Shown here: positions 9,575-21,369 of the stretch, piece by piece | How positions within the stretch are numbered: the first letter of the stretch is position 1 | How the letters are laid out: the number at the start of each line of letters is the position of its first letter | Assembly: GCA_963665115.1 (NCBI GenBank) | Contig: OY762007.1 | Span: 4,672,001 to 4,736,000, forward strand | Direction: 5' to 3' | Length of the DNA: 64,000 bases | DNA from: an uncultured Rivularia sp. | GTDB taxonomy: Bacteria > Cyanobacteriota > Cyanobacteriia > Cyanobacteriales > Nostocaceae | Notes under the pieces: model-generated | What the model was told of the DNA's origin: nothing | Database searches by the model: none | The model's input: the letters and a program-made list of their open reading frames with translations, nothing else | Translations under genes and position numbers: made by a program

Positions 9575-9869
9575 TTCCACAAATGGTAAAATTGCAGTAG
9601 AAAAAGCGAACAAGAAGAAATCCTGTCCGCATATTATCAGAAGCACCTCTGTGATTACCAAGAACATCTTACATGATTCTTACAGTACCTATGTACTAAA
9701 AAACAAATGTATAAGTTAATTTTGCGCGATCGCCCGAATCGTCATAAATTAAACTTATGCGTTTCTCGTTCTCAGAGGTAGATTAACGTATCTAAGAATA
9801 TTTTTTTCTTAATTGCCCAAAATAGAAGTAAAAGAAGAATTGAGAAAAAGCGAATAAATACAATCTAAA

Positions 9870-10779
9870 ATGCACAACCGAAAGCAGGATAGCACCTCAG
9901 ATCAATTTGTAAATCCATTAGATATTTTAGAAAAGAAACCTACAATATCTCAAAGCTCGGTTTGTGTAAATGAAGATTTAATAGTTAATTATCGCCACGA
10001 TTTGCCAGGGAAATTAGAATTACCATTGGGATTAAGCCATCACTTACTAACTTTTTTTATAACTGATAATAAAAGACAAATAACACATATTAATGGTACT
10101 GGAGAGTATGACGGACAGATGAATCAAGGAGAATTTTATCTCTGTCCCCGCAGAAGTTTCTGGTTTTACTAGTTGGGAAGTAGTTGACGAAACTTTGCAT
10201 ATAGTTATTAAACCATCGTTAATACGTCAAGTAGCGATAGAAACTGAATCTCTTAATCCAGATAGAATCGAACTGCTACCAGTTTTAAAAAATTACGATT
10301 TGCAAATAGAGCAACTAGCTAAGTTATTATTTTCAGAAATGCAAAACGATGGCTTGGGAGGAAAGCTGTATTTAGAATCTCTTACTAATGTTTTAGTAAT
10401 TCATTTGTTGCGTAATTATTGTGTATTTGAACCGATATTCCGCAAGCAGAGTAAAGGATTAGCATCTTCTAAGCTGCGTCAAATACTTGATTATATTAAT
10501 GAATACTTAGACCAAGATTTGAGCTTAAAAATAATGGCTAAAGAAGTTGGGATGAGTTATGCCTATTTTGCCGATCAATTTAAACAAGCTATGGGAATTC
10601 CCCCACATCAATATGTTAACCAGCAGCGAATAGAAAAAGCCAAACAGTTACTCAAAGAGCATAAATATACAATAGCAGAAATAGCATTAGAATCTGGCTT
10701 ATCCAGTCAAAGTCATTTAAATAAACTATTTCGTAAATATGTAGGAACTACCCCGAAGAATTATCAAAAGCAACTATAA
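9870..10779 (+). CDS. AraC family transcriptional regulator (frameshifted as sequenced: one extra base at or near CCCC 10146-10149)
   Basis: C-terminal AraC double HTH (FKQAMGIPPHQY...SQSHLNKLFRKYVGTTP). Deleting one C joins 9870..10172 to 10195..10779 (CPAEVSGFTSWEVVDETLH). Confidence 0.85.
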
Positions 10780-11029
10780 CTCGATTAGTAAAAATATTTA
10801 CCGTCATTGCAAAGTAATAGCATTATGTAATTACTTTTATCCTGCTTCAAAACCAAAAATCTCTTTTTTATTTCTTTTCTCTGCGTCTCTGCGGTTATTT
10901 ATAAATAATTTTCGCGCTTAAACAAATAAATCTAAAGAATAGACAAAATTTCTAAATTCTGTAAAAGATTAGAGCGCGAGCAAAGCCATACAATTGTTTT
11001 GTCAATCTAAAAATCAATTAAGCGGAGTC

Positions 11030-11425
11030 ATGGAATTTATTAATCCCCCCGAACTCGGAGACTCATCAAAGTATGGATTTACGCAAATCGTTGTTGTACC
11101 ATCAGGATCGAGTTTAGCTTATATCGCAGGACAGAGTGGAGCCGATGAAAACGGCAACTATGGTACTTTTAGCGAGCAATTGCAACAAGCATTTGTAAAT
11201 TTGCAAAAAGCGCTTACCGCAGTCGGAGCAACCCCAGAAAATGTGGTTAAAATCACGATTCTTTCAGTAGAACATAACGAAGAAAAATTAGGTTTAATTT
11301 CTGCTCAAAGAAAGTCTTTTTGGTCAAATCACAAACCAACCAGTACTATAATTCCCGTACCGAGATTGGCAAGTGATGGAATGTTATTTGAAATTGATGC
11401 TGTTGCGGTAGTTGCCAATTCTTAA
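11030..11425 (+). CDS. RidA/YjgF family protein
   Basis: YIAGQ, NLQKALTAVGA, PTST...L...GMLFEIDAVA. GGAG SD before the ATG at 11030. Confidence 0.85.
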   Translation: MEFINPPELGDSSKYGFTQIVVVPSGSSLAYIAGQSGADENGNYGTFSEQLQQAFVNLQKALTAVGATPENVVKITILSVEHNEEKLGLISAQRKSFWSNHKPTSTIIPVPRLASDGMLFEIDAVAVVANS

Positions 11426-11443
11426 TTTTTTGGAGGTTATTAA

Positions 11444-11896
11444 ATGACATTACCCATGATTCTTCATGCAGGAGAAGGACAATCTGTCAAAATTGGTACG
11501 AGTAATTGTACTTTTAAGTTAACAGGAAAAGATACTCACGGTCACTTTGGACTATTTGAATATACCTTAGAACCGGAAACCGAAGGTCCAAGCCCTCACA
11601 TACATAAACGAATGACCGAGATATTTTATGTTATTGAAGGGGAATTAGAATTGGTACTTAGGAAAGAGAAAATAACTGCTTTCCCTGGAACTTTGATGAG
11701 CGTACCGGAGAACACACCACACGGTTTTTCTAATCGTAGTACAAAGCAATCAAAATTCTTGATTATGTTTTGTCCCGCAGATTCGCGGGAGCAATATTTT
11801 ATCGGATTATCTGAATTAAGGAAAAATGGACGAAAACCCAGTCGCGAAGAGTTATTAGAATTAGCAGCAAAATTTGACCAGTATCCAGCCACTTAA
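11444..11896 (+). CDS. Cupin domain protein
   Basis: GPSPHIH...E.FYVIEGE and VPENTPHGF motifs. GGAGG SD. Confidence 0.85.
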   Translation: MTLPMILHAGEGQSVKIGTSNCTFKLTGKDTHGHFGLFEYTLEPETEGPSPHIHKRMTEIFYVIEGELELVLRKEKITAFPGTLMSVPENTPHGFSNRSTKQSKFLIMFCPADSREQYFIGLSELRKNGRKPSREELLELAAKFDQYPAT

Positions 11897-11966
11897 TTAA
11901 CTTGTGTGTAACGTTTTGATAATTTGTGTACCTACTTACAAAATTTCTAGCATTACGCACCACCTA

Positions 11967-12078
11967 TACAGCAGATTTCATTTAAGTGAGGTACACATCG
12001 TTTCTAGAGGAAGTAGGGAGTAGGGAGTAGGGAGTAGGGAGTAGGGAAATGTACCTCATATACCTGCAAAGTGCTGTA
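11967..12078. mobile_element. MITE-like element, 29-bp imperfect TIRs of the same architecture as 9387-9502, enclosing a (agtaggg)n STRR
   Basis: tacagcagatttcatttaagtgaggtaca vs revcomp tacagcactttgcaggtatatgaggtaca (22/29). Confidence 0.7.
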
Positions 12079-12119
12079 AGTTGTGAAAATAGTGTCGATT
12101 TTATACCGGAATGGTGTAA

Positions 12120-12276
12120 TAGACATCTCCGGAAAACATTATATGGTTTCAAATTTACGCAAATACCTAACCCCCCTACCCCCTTCCCTGCGAGGGAAGG
12201 GGGTAAATTAAGCCTCTCTACGAGAAAACGCTTCGCGTTCATGGAGAGGGATCTTTTTCTTTTCGGGAGATGTCTA
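12120..12276. mobile_element. MITE-like element, 17-bp TIRs, TA ends
   Basis: tagacatctccggaaaa ... ttttcgggagatgtcta (16/17). Internal hairpin acccccttccctgcgagggaagggggt. Confidence 0.75.
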
Positions 12277-12375
12277 ATGTATAAAAGCGCAATTGGTTAG
12301 TTTATAAACACATCTTCCCACAGATGATAAACTAAGCTAAACAAGGCAAGCGTTATCGGAGAGAATAGTAAATTA

Positions 12376-12999
12376 GTGGACGGAAGAAAACGCGCCCTAG
12401 CAACCGAGCGCAATCGCGAACCGATTTTACAAGTACTTTTAGAAGTTTTGCCACCCACTGGCACGATTTTAGAAATAGCCAGCGGTACGGGAGAACATGC
12501 TGCATATTTTGCGCCACGTTTGAAACCGAGAAAATGGATTCCTTCTGACACCGATGCTTCGCTGCGTGAAAGTATCGTGGCATGGATTGAACATTCACAA
12601 AGCGAAAATCTTTATCAACCCCTCGATATTGATGCTTCTCAGCCGGTTTGGAAAGTCGAAAAGGAAATATTATCTGAAATATCTGATATTACCGCGATCG
12701 TGAATATTAATATGATTCACATTTCAAAGTGGTCTGCTTGTTTGGGATTAATAGCAGCCGCAGGTCGTATACTTTCATCCGAAGGTGTCCTGTATTTATA
12801 CGGTCCATACAAACAAGGTGGGAAACATACAGCGCCTTCCAATGCAGCCTTTAGCGAGTATTTACAAGAACAAAACCCAGAATGGGGAGTACGTAACTTA
12901 GAAGACGTAGTAGAACTAGCCAAAACCCATAATTTGATTCTACAAAAAACCGAACCTATGCCAGCAAATAATCTTTCGGTAGTTTTCAAACATTCTTGA
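12376..12999 (+). CDS. DUF938 family SAM-dependent methyltransferase
   Basis: ATERNREPIL, LEIASGTGEH, NMIHIS, LYGPY...HTAPSN and WGVR motifs. Confidence 0.9.
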   Translation: MDGRKRALATERNREPILQVLLEVLPPTGTILEIASGTGEHAAYFAPRLKPRKWIPSDTDASLRESIVAWIEHSQSENLYQPLDIDASQPVWKVEKEILSEISDITAIVNINMIHISKWSACLGLIAAAGRILSSEGVLYLYGPYKQGGKHTAPSNAAFSEYLQEQNPEWGVRNLEDVVELAKTHNLILQKTEPMPANNLSVVFKHS

Positions 13000-13160
13000 A
13001 ATTGGAATTGGCGATTTTGGGCATGGGAAAGAAGAGAGGGGGTAGAGGGGGAAGAAAAAACCTCAAATGCTTAACCACTTATTACTTACTACTCTCTACT
13101 CTCTACTCCTAACTGCTCACTGATAACTGATAACTGATAACTGTTCACTGTTCACTGATT

Positions 13161-13532
13161 ATGGCTGATGTAAACGGTACTTGGTTGGGAACTTACTGGC
13201 AATATGGAAATCCGACTCGCTTTGAAATTGTACTTTTGCAAAGCGGTAATAGTTTGACTGGCAGCGTTTTGGATGATTGCTATTTAGGAGAAGCTAAGTT
13301 AAGTGGTGAAGTTGTAGGTCGTCGTATTAGCTTTATTAAAAGTTATTTTACTAGTTCGCCGGATGCTGTGGAATACGTTGGCACAATTTCCGAAGATGAA
13401 GATTATATCCAAGGGCAATGGACGATCGGTAGTTGGGATTCTGGCCCTTGGGAAGCTAGACGCAGCGGTGAGTCTTTAAGTTTGGAAGCTAAAAATAAGG
13501 CTGAGAAAAAGGTGCCTATTAGTGTCGGGTAA
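13161..13532 (+). CDS. Conserved hypothetical protein
   Basis: 123-aa ORF with ATG and protein-like composition (GTWLGTYW...GPWEARR). Confidence 0.75.
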   Translation: MADVNGTWLGTYWQYGNPTRFEIVLLQSGNSLTGSVLDDCYLGEAKLSGEVVGRRISFIKSYFTSSPDAVEYVGTISEDEDYIQGQWTIGSWDSGPWEARRSGESLSLEAKNKAEKKVPISVG

Positions 13533-13541
13533 ATGACAACA

Positions 13542-13603
13542 AGGTTCGTAGTGAGGACTTAAGTCCTTTAAGTGAGGAGGGCTAAAGCCCTTACTACGAA
13601 CCT
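13542..13603. repeat. Inverted REP-like pair (aggttcgtagt...actacgaacct); second copy 26110-26168
   Basis: Long inverted repeat with internal aggacttaagtcct-type hairpins, present twice. Confidence 0.75.
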
Positions 13604-13812
13604 ATAACAGTTGCCTGACATGGGTAAAATTATACTTCTTTCTATCTCTTTTTTATGTATATCCCGCAAAATTATAAAGATTTGCCCTGGAATAGTTATA
13701 TATTCCGGTTTACGTATGTTTACATTAACTTTTAAGGAATAACGGTGACAAGAACTGAATCTATTTAGTATCAATCGAACAAAGATAACTTTTTAGATTT
13801 AGATAAAATTTT

Positions 13813-15825
13813 ATGTCACTCCAAGCTGGGTTTGATGCTGCGAAAGAAGGGCGCTATCAAGAAGCGATTCCATTATTAGAACAATATTGTCGTAATAGTG
13901 CCGAACAAAGTTCCGCTGAATACTGTACGGCGCAAATGTGGTTGGTAAGGGGTTATAAAGCTACTGGAGAAACTGAAAAAGCTTTGATTCTATGCCAAAG
14001 GTTGAAGCAAAGCGAGCATACGAAAGTAAGTGACTGGGCTGGCAAAATGTACCAGAAGCTGAATGAATCGGCATCACCAGCAACTGAAACTGCACAAAAT
14101 CCTGTTGCTAATAAAAAAGCTGTTGGTGCTGCTGGGGTGAAGCTAGCAATGGCAGGGGTTGGTGGAAATCTGGCTTTAGCGTCTGTCGTAACCATGTCTT
14201 TAATGTCTGGCATGGTGCTGGTATTGGCTCTGGGTATAGTATTGATTGCCGATAGCCAGAATCCAATTTTAGGTTTGGGTATTGCGATCGCGATTACTAT
14301 ACTTTTCAACGTTGCGGCTTTCTTCTTATCTCCGTTTTTAATGGATTTAACCCAAAATTGGCTGTATAAAACTCGTTGGGTTGAATTGGCAGAAATTGAA
14401 AATCTGAGTCCGGAAACGATTAACGTTATTCGTCGGGTTTGTCAACAGAAAAAAATCAAAACACCGCGTTTGGGAATCATTGAAGACCAAAACCCTACGG
14501 CATTTACTTACGGTTCATTACCTAACAGCGCTCGATTGGTGGTAAGTAGGGGTCTTTTTACTTATCTCGATGATGATGAAGTTGCGACAGTTTACGCTCA
14601 CGAACTCGGACATATTGTCCATTGGGACTTTGCGGTGATGACTGTGGCTTCAACTTTGGTACAAATCTGCTATTTGATTTACACCACAGCTAGAACAATA
14701 ATGCGTAGCATGGGTGATAACAAACTTGCAGACGCAGCGAAAACGGCTTCATTAGTCGCATACATTTTTTACTTTATTGGTACTTACTTGTTGCTGTATC
14801 TTTCTCGCACTAGAGAATACTTTGCAGATCATTTTGCAGCAGAAGTTACGGGAAATCCTAACGGTTTATCTCGCGCTTTAGTAAAGATAGCTTACGGAAT
14901 TGTTGAAGAAGGTTCGAGAGCAAAAGAACCCAGTCGCTTAATAGAAGGAACTCGTGCTTTGGGTATTTACGATGCTAAAGCCGCAGCAACTACAGGAAAT
15001 GCTTACCGCATCGCTTCCCAACCAGAAAAAGTTGGTAGAGTGTTTCTCTGGGATATGTTTAATCCTTGGGGTTGGTGGATGGAATTGAGTTCAACTCATC
15101 CTCTTACGGGTAAAAGAGTCCGCGCTTTGAGTACTTATTCCGAGCAATTGGGTTTAGAAACCGAATTCGATATGGGGAAAGTTGTTGGGGAAGGCAAGCA
15201 TTTAAATAAAAAGAAGCTTTACGGTAATTTTGTCCAAGATATTTTCCTTTATGGTGCGGAAACTATTGGTTTATTTGTTGGTATTGCCATTAGCGTTATC
15301 CTTGTAAGTTCTGGTGTACAAAATCCCGGTTTATTTATTGCTTGTCCGTTAATTGGTTTGGGAATCGGAGTATTAATAAAAGCCCTTGTAATGTATCCCA
15401 ATTACAGCAAAGCAGTTGAAACAGACGTTCTCACTTTAATGTCAGATCCTTATGCTAGTCCTTTACGCGGTCAACCTGCAAAACTTGAAGGTAAATTAAT
15501 CGGGCGTGGTGACGCTGGCTATAAATTTGGTTCCGATTTGAAAATACAAGATCCTAGCGGAATGCTTTATTTGCGTTATGCTTCTCGATTTGGTTCCCTT
15601 GGTAATTTCTTATTCGGAATGAAGCGAGTAGAAAGTTTAATTGATATGAATGTTGCTTCCGTAGGTTGGTTCCGTCGTGGTATTGCACCGTGGATGGATT
15701 TAATTGAATTAAAAAGTGAAAATGGTACGGTTGTTAATAGCTATCATCGTTTTTGGTCTTTCGTTGTCGGTGGTTTTTTGATTATTTTGGGAATAGCTTT
15801 GACGGTATTGTTAGCAGGGGTTTAG
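13813..15825 (+). CDS. M48 (HtpX-like) zinc metalloprotease with N-terminal TPR-like segment
   Basis: PTAFTYG, AHELGH, LSRTREYFAD and STHP motifs. Several TM segments. Confidence 0.9.
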   Translation: MSLQAGFDAAKEGRYQEAIPLLEQYCRNSAEQSSAEYCTAQMWLVRGYKATGETEKALILCQRLKQSEHTKVSDWAGKMYQKLNESASPATETAQNPVANKKAVGAAGVKLAMAGVGGNLALASVVTMSLMSGMVLVLALGIVLIADSQNPILGLGIAIAITILFNVAAFFLSPFLMDLTQNWLYKTRWVELAEIENLSPETINVIRRVCQQKKIKTPRLGIIEDQNPTAFTYGSLPNSARLVVSRGLFTYLDDDEVATVYAHELGHIVHWDFAVMTVASTLVQICYLIYTTARTIMRSMGDNKLADAAKTASLVAYIFYFIGTYLLLYLSRTREYFADHFAAEVTGNPNGLSRALVKIAYGIVEEGSRAKEPSRLIEGTRALGIYDAKAAATTGNAYRIASQPEKVGRVFLWDMFNPWGWWMELSSTHPLTGKRVRALSTYSEQLGLETEFDMGKVVGEGKHLNKKKLYGNFVQDIFLYGAETIGLFVGIAISVILVSSGVQNPGLFIACPLIGLGIGVLIKALVMYPNYSKAVETDVLTLMSDPYASPLRGQPAKLEGKLIGRGDAGYKFGSDLKIQDPSGMLYLRYASRFGSLGNFLFGMKRVESLIDMNVASVGWFRRGIAPWMDLIELKSENGTVVNSYHRFWSFVVGGFLIILGIALTVLLAGV

Positions 15826-16471
15826 TTAATTAAATACAATACCTACAAGTTGAAAAAGTGAGTACGATTGTAGGCATTGCTATTGGAATTGCTGCTGCTG
15901 CTGAAAGTCATAGAGCAGTAACATTAGCTAGCCAACGACAATCGGAAAATAGCTTTTAGCGTCTTCAAGTATTTTAAAATTAATCTGAGTTTACAAGTCT
16001 ACTTTAGTAGGCTTTTTTCTTGTATTAACTTTTTCCTAATATTTTTAGTATTCCACCACATTAATTCTGTGGGGTAGTAGCAAACATTTTTATTTCTTCA
16101 GTCCTTTTAAGAGGACTTTCGCTATTAGACCGGGAATTGCATTTCCGGTCGGTTTGTGTAATGCGTTAGCGATGCATTTCAGACACGCTTCGCTTAACCC
16201 AACCTACGAATTAATGCGTTACCCCACAAAACTGATGTGCTTGAATACTAATAGTTGATTGCATAAATTCTGAATGATTCGTTTTCCCAGAACCGTCGGG
16301 AGACGTAGCACTGCTACGTCTCTACAAGCAGTCATAATTAATGAAACAGACCTTATTTATGCTCTAAAAATTGGCTCTTGTTTAACAAAAGCACTATTCG
16401 ACGCAGCTTTAGATAAAATTGTTATTTTAGCCACTATTCTTATTTCAAATAATCCAAAATCCAAAATCGTC

Positions 16472-17344
16472 ATGTCTGTAATAGTTGCCACATTATATAA
16501 ATTTGTCAAATTGCCAGATTTCGCTGAAAAACAACAACCTTTATTATCTATTTGCGAAGCACAAGGAATAAAGGGAACTATTTTACTGGCACAAGAAGGT
16601 ATTAACGGTACGATTGCAGGTTGTCGTCAAGGGATTGATACGGTTATTGATTTTTTACTTTCCGATTCCCGGTTTACAGATTTGGAATACAAGGAATCTA
16701 CCGCCGAATCTCCGCCATTTCAACGAATGAAGGTTAGGTTAAAAAAGGAAATCGTAACTTTGGGTTTATCAGAAGTTAATCCCAGCGAAAATGTTGGAAC
16801 TTATGTTAACCCTAAAGACTGGAATGAAATAATTTCTAATCCAGAAGTAACTGTAATAGACACTCGCAACGATTATGAAATAAGTATTGGTACTTTCCAA
16901 CGAGCAGAAAACCCGCAAACTGAATCATTTCGCGAATTTCCCGAATATGCTAGTAAAAACTTAAATCCCGATCAAAATAAAAAAGTAGCAATGTTTTGTA
17001 CTGGCGGAATTCGCTGCGAAAAAGCCACTTCCTACCTGCTTTCTCAAGGATTTGCAGAAGTTTATCATCTCAAAGGCGGCATTCTCAAATATTTAGAAGA
17101 AGTACCATCAGAAGAAAGTTTATGGGAAGGTGAATGTTTTGTTTTTGACGAGCGTGTAGCTGTGCGTCATGGCTTAGAATCCGGTAGCTACGATATGTGC
17201 CCTAGTTGCGGACATCCGATTTCCGAAGATGACAAAGTTTCACCCAAATACGAATCAGGAATTTCCTGTCCCCACTGTTTTGACGAACTTACTGAAGAGA
17301 AGAAAGCCAAGATGCAGGAGAAGAAGCGGCAGCGTCAGGAGTGA
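16472..17344 (+). CDS. trhO: Rhodanese-related tRNA uridine(34) hydroxylase TrhO family
   Basis: [42 protein letters not shown]. Start at ATG 16472. Confidence 0.88.
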   Translation: MSVIVATLYKFVKLPDFAEKQQPLLSICEAQGIKGTILLAQEGINGTIAGCRQGIDTVIDFLLSDSRFTDLEYKESTAESPPFQRMKVRLKKEIVTLGLSEVNPSENVGTYVNPKDWNEIISNPEVTVIDTRNDYEISIGTFQRAENPQTESFREFPEYASKNLNPDQNKKVAMFCTGGIRCEKATSYLLSQGFAEVYHLKGGILKYLEEVPSEESLWEGECFVFDERVAVRHGLESGSYDMCPSCGHPISEDDKVSPKYESGISCPHCFDELTEEKKAKMQEKKRQRQE

Positions 17345-17517
17345 TGGGGAGATGGGGAGAATAAGTTAGGAGTAACAAGTAGTGAGTAGTGAATAAATGA
17401 CCAACTATTGCTTCTTATTCTCAACCGGGCTGCTCAACCATCCATTCCTTACTTGCTACTCGTTACTCACTACTTAAAGAATCCCTCTTCCCCCCATGCC
17501 CAATTACCAATTACCAA

Positions 17518-18180
17518 TTACCTTTTTCTAACCAATGTCAAACCATCTGCAATCGGTACCATGCTGAGGGTAACTCGCTCGTCTTTGTGAAGTTTTTCGT
17601 TTAAGGCGCGAATTTTCTTAGTTCTATTATCTTGAATTTTTGAATCTGCTACTTGTCCTGACCATAATACGTTATCAATGGCAATCAATCCACCGGGACG
17701 AATTAATTTTAATGCTCTTTCGTAATAATCATCGTAGCTGCTTTTATCTGCGTCGATGAAGGCAAAATCAAAGGTATCCGTTTCACCTGCTGCGATTAAT
17801 TTATCGAGAGTGGCGATCGCCGGAGCTATACGTAAATCGATTTTATGGGCGACTCCTGCTTGTTCCCAGTAACGACGGGCTATGGATGTGTATTCTTCAC
17901 TCACATCGCAAGCAACCATTTTACCTTCTGGCGGTAGTGCTAAGGCAACCACCAAAGAACTATAGCCTGTAAAGACACCAATTTCTAAAGCTTTCTTGGC
18001 TCCCATTAATTGCACCAGCAAAGCCATAAACTGTCCTTGCTCTGGGGAAATTTGCATGATATGTCTGGGATGGTTTGCGGTTTCTTGACGTAGTTTTGTT
18101 AAAACGTCCGGTTCCCGTATAGATACTGATAGTAAATAATGATATATGTGATTTTCTAATCCCAGTGTTTGCTTAGACAT
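17518..18180 (-). CDS. O-methyltransferase, caffeoyl-CoA OMT family
   Basis: MQISPEQGQF, LEIGVFTGYS, FIDADK, DNVLWSG. Confidence 0.92.
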   Translation of the reverse strand: MSKQTLGLENHIYHYLLSVSIREPDVLTKLRQETANHPRHIMQISPEQGQFMALLVQLMGAKKALEIGVFTGYSSLVVALALPPEGKMVACDVSEEYTSIARRYWEQAGVAHKIDLRIAPAIATLDKLIAAGETDTFDFAFIDADKSSYDDYYERALKLIRPGGLIAIDNVLWSGQVADSKIQDNRTKKIRALNEKLHKDERVTLSMVPIADGLTLVRKR

Positions 18181-18350
18181 CTTTCGTATTGTGGTGGTTT
18201 TAATCGTTTCTTCACTGAGAGAATATTTTAAGTTAATTATGTCTTGTTGTTATATTCCTGAAGAGATAGAGGGATTTAAGTAAAACAAACTATCTGGGTA
18301 GGTGAATGATAATTAAAGTTTGAGATTGGGAATGATAAGTATGGTTCTAT

Positions 18351-20069
18351 TTGTTACATAGTATGCAATATTTGTTTTACCCTGTTGTAATTTATGCGCT
18401 GTTAGTTGCTGTCTCATATCTCGTTACCTTTTTACAGCTTTGCAAGGTGACGGTGCAATATCCCAGCTATAGCGTGCAAGCAGTTGAGAATATGCCGTCT
18501 TATCTACAAAAGTTGTTTTTGATCCCGATTCAAGAACTTCAAGAGTTTGGTTTTGTGCCAAGCTGCTATTTACAGGTAAAGCCGATGTTAAAGGTTTATC
18601 CTAATACTGCTTGCGAGATTTTACTATATAACGAAGCTTTTAACTGTTATGCAAAAGTTGGCATACGTCATCCGATAGAACCCCTAGATTTATTCGATAT
18701 TGAATTTTATACTTTTTTTAAGGATAAAACTTGTTTAGTAACAACAAATGGTAAAGGGAATACGGTTATAGGTAAAATTCCTTTCTTTATTATGCAAGAT
18801 TATTATACTGCTGAAACATCCTCACAATGGCAGTATCATCAAGGTAGATTGAGGCAATTAAAATCGCATAAAATTCCCAAACTTTTATCACCGGAAGCTT
18901 TTACAGAAAGGCTCCAAGTATATTTCCAAAATTATATTAATTCTTTAGTCAAATTAAAATATATATTGCCAATTTCCAAAAAAGTATTATTCCGTTTAAA
19001 TGGAAAATTGGCATTAAAACTAACACAAAAAATAATTCAGGGAAATAATCAAAGCGCGAATATTATTAAACAGCGTCGAGAACAAGCAAAAAGCAAGTCT
19101 AAATTATCGGTGGAAATTCCGATCGAATTGGAAGTAGAGGGATTTCAACGGATGGAAATATTGCAGCGAGGGCTTATTGATAAAAAATTACGTCCTTGGA
19201 TATTCTTAGGTAGTTTTGTTTTATTCGTAATTACTTCCACAAAATATTTTGGCACTCAAACTTTAATTATTTTCATTGCTGCATTAATACTTCACGAAGG
19301 AGGACATTTGTTAGCAATGAAACTTTGCGGCTATCGAGATGCTTCTTTACTTTTCCTACCTTTTCTTGGTGCTGTTGCTACTGCCCGTAAAGATGATGCT
19401 ACAATAACTCAAAGGTTTTTTGTTTCTTTAGCTGGACCTTTACCGGGATTAATTTTAGGTTTAGTTTTAGCAATTATATTTAAAGATGCCAGCTATTCAA
19501 CTTGGATAAAGCAAGCAAGTTGGATATTGATTTGCTTAAATTTATTTAATTTATTACCGATTTACCCCCTCGATGGCGGACAAATAATCGATATTCTGCT
19601 ATTTTCGCGTTTTCCCTATAGTGATGTCGTCTTTAAGGCATTTGGGGCAATTATTATTAGTTTATTAGGAATTGCTCATCCGGCATTGTTTTTGCTTATC
19701 ATTCCCTTATTTTTGAATATTGTATATAGCTATCGCGCTGCTAAAGTAAATTCTAAATTACAAAAGTCTTTCAGAACAAATCCACCATCAAACCAAGAAA
19801 ATATCTTATATTCTATATTTCAATCTTTACAGCAGTTTGATTATCATTATTTGCCATTCAACAGCAGATACCTAGTAGTAAAAAACTTGATTGAACGATA
19901 CCACTGTTCTTACAGCAAGCGGATAACCAAAGTAATTTTAGCAAGCGTGTATTGTGTAAGTTTGTTAGTAGGAATTTTAAGTAGCTGGCAAGCAGTTGTA
20001 CCGAATTCGGTTGATTTTCTTCCCAAGTTTGCTAAATCATCTATTCAACAAGAAATACAAAATAAATAA
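18351..20069 (+). CDS. Site-2 (M50) intramembrane metalloprotease with N-terminal extension
   Basis: LHEGGH, SLAGPL, NLFNLLPIYPLDGG. Confidence 0.88.
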   Translation: MLHSMQYLFYPVVIYALLVAVSYLVTFLQLCKVTVQYPSYSVQAVENMPSYLQKLFLIPIQELQEFGFVPSCYLQVKPMLKVYPNTACEILLYNEAFNCYAKVGIRHPIEPLDLFDIEFYTFFKDKTCLVTTNGKGNTVIGKIPFFIMQDYYTAETSSQWQYHQGRLRQLKSHKIPKLLSPEAFTERLQVYFQNYINSLVKLKYILPISKKVLFRLNGKLALKLTQKIIQGNNQSANIIKQRREQAKSKSKLSVEIPIELEVEGFQRMEILQRGLIDKKLRPWIFLGSFVLFVITSTKYFGTQTLIIFIAALILHEGGHLLAMKLCGYRDASLLFLPFLGAVATARKDDATITQRFFVSLAGPLPGLILGLVLAIIFKDASYSTWIKQASWILICLNLFNLLPIYPLDGGQIIDILLFSRFPYSDVVFKAFGAIIISLLGIAHPALFLLIIPLFLNIVYSYRAAKVNSKLQKSFRTNPPSNQENILYSIFQSLQQFDYHYLPFNSRYLVVKNLIERYHCSYSKRITKVILASVYCVSLLVGILSSWQAVVPNSVDFLPKFAKSSIQQEIQNK

Positions 20070-20208
20070 AGATACTTATGTAGAGACGTAGCATTGCTAC
20101 GTCTCCATGAATTTTGGTTAAACCGAAAATGAATGTGATATCATTTGAGGCTACATAAAAATGGAAAAAACCGCAGAGAGCGCCGAGGAAGAGGAAGAGA
20201 GAATAATT

Positions 20209-21271
20209 TTAATCTCGTTTGTGATGTTTCCTCATAGATTTAGTGATTGTCTTCCATCGCTTTTTAGTATCTAAATAAACTTTTTGTTCTTGTTTTTGAC
20301 TGAGATAATCAAGTTCTTTGTTTAACTTTTGATAACTGTGAAACCTCGAATAATCTAGTTTTCCTTCTTGTAATGCTTGCTGTACTGCACAACCGGGTTC
20401 TTGAGCGTGTTGACAGTTACGAAAACGACATTCTTCGGCTAAAGTTTCAATATCTTCAAAAGTTGAGTTTAAACTACCTTCACTTGCCCAAATTTGAATT
20501 TCTCGCATTCCTGGAGTATCTATAATTAAGCTACCGTTTGGTAGTAAAATCAATTCGCGATGGGTTGTAGTATGTCTGCCTCTATCATCTCCTTGACGTA
20601 CAGCTTTCACTGCTTGTATTGCTTCACCTTTAAGTTGATTGGTAATTGTTGATTTTCCCACACCCGATGAACCCAACAAAGCAACGGTTTTTCCTGGTTG
20701 TAAAAAGGGTTGAAGTGCTTCTAATCCTTGAGAATTTGCAGCACTAATAGTTACGATTGGTACACCCAAGGCAATATTTTCAACTTGGTTTAAGCAGTCT
20801 TTTAAGTTTTTACACAAGTCTGCTTTATTCAATAAAATAACTGGATTTGCACCACTTTCCCAAGCCAATATTAAATAGCGTTCGATTCTTCTGGGATTGA
20901 AATCACCATCCAATCCCGAAACTAAGAATACCGTATCAACATTAGCTGCAACTATTTGTTCTTTTGTGATTCCACCTGCACTCTGACGAGAAAATTTACT
21001 TTTTCTAGGTAAAATGCTGTGGATTGTGGCGCTTTTTTCTGATTCTCTAAGGCTAATTACAACCCAATCTCCCACTGCTGGAAATTCTGCTTGGGTTGCT
21101 TGATGACGAAATTTACCCGTTACTTCACCTGAAAGTTCACCGAATTCGCTGTGAAGAATGTAGGTATTACGATGTTTCTATCGCAACTCTAGCTACCGTC
21201 AATCCTTGCTGATGCAACGGTTCAAAGTTAGAAGCAAAAAAATCATTCCAACCTAAATATTCTAAATTCAT
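20209..21271 (-). CDS. rsgA: Ribosome small subunit-dependent GTPase A (frameshifted as sequenced: extra base at 21175-21177)
   Basis: [22 protein letters not shown] and the Zn finger [13 protein letters not shown]-terminus [12 protein letters not shown]...RVAIE at 21271 joins HRNTY...PAVGDWV after removing one base. Confidence 0.9.
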
Positions 21272-21369
21272 TGTTTTCCTTGATTGGTGCTTTTTGTGTT
21301 GTACAAAGCGCAGCAACGCCGGAATTCGGTTTGATTGAGTACGATTTAGTTTTAAATTTGTTTCTTAGA

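Noticed and set aside
11982..12300. Two overlapping ORFs of about 85 aa
   Set aside because: Composed of MITE and STRR sequence (LLPTPYSLLP). Not credible genes.
15858..15959. 33-codon GTG ORF (VSTIVGIAIGIAAAAESH...) after the M48 protease gene
   Set aside because: No clear SD and no recognisable family. Could be a remnant but cannot be supported.
16274..16471. N-terminal extension of trhO
   Set aside because: Runs through a REP and low-complexity DNA. The recognisable protein starts at ATG 16472.
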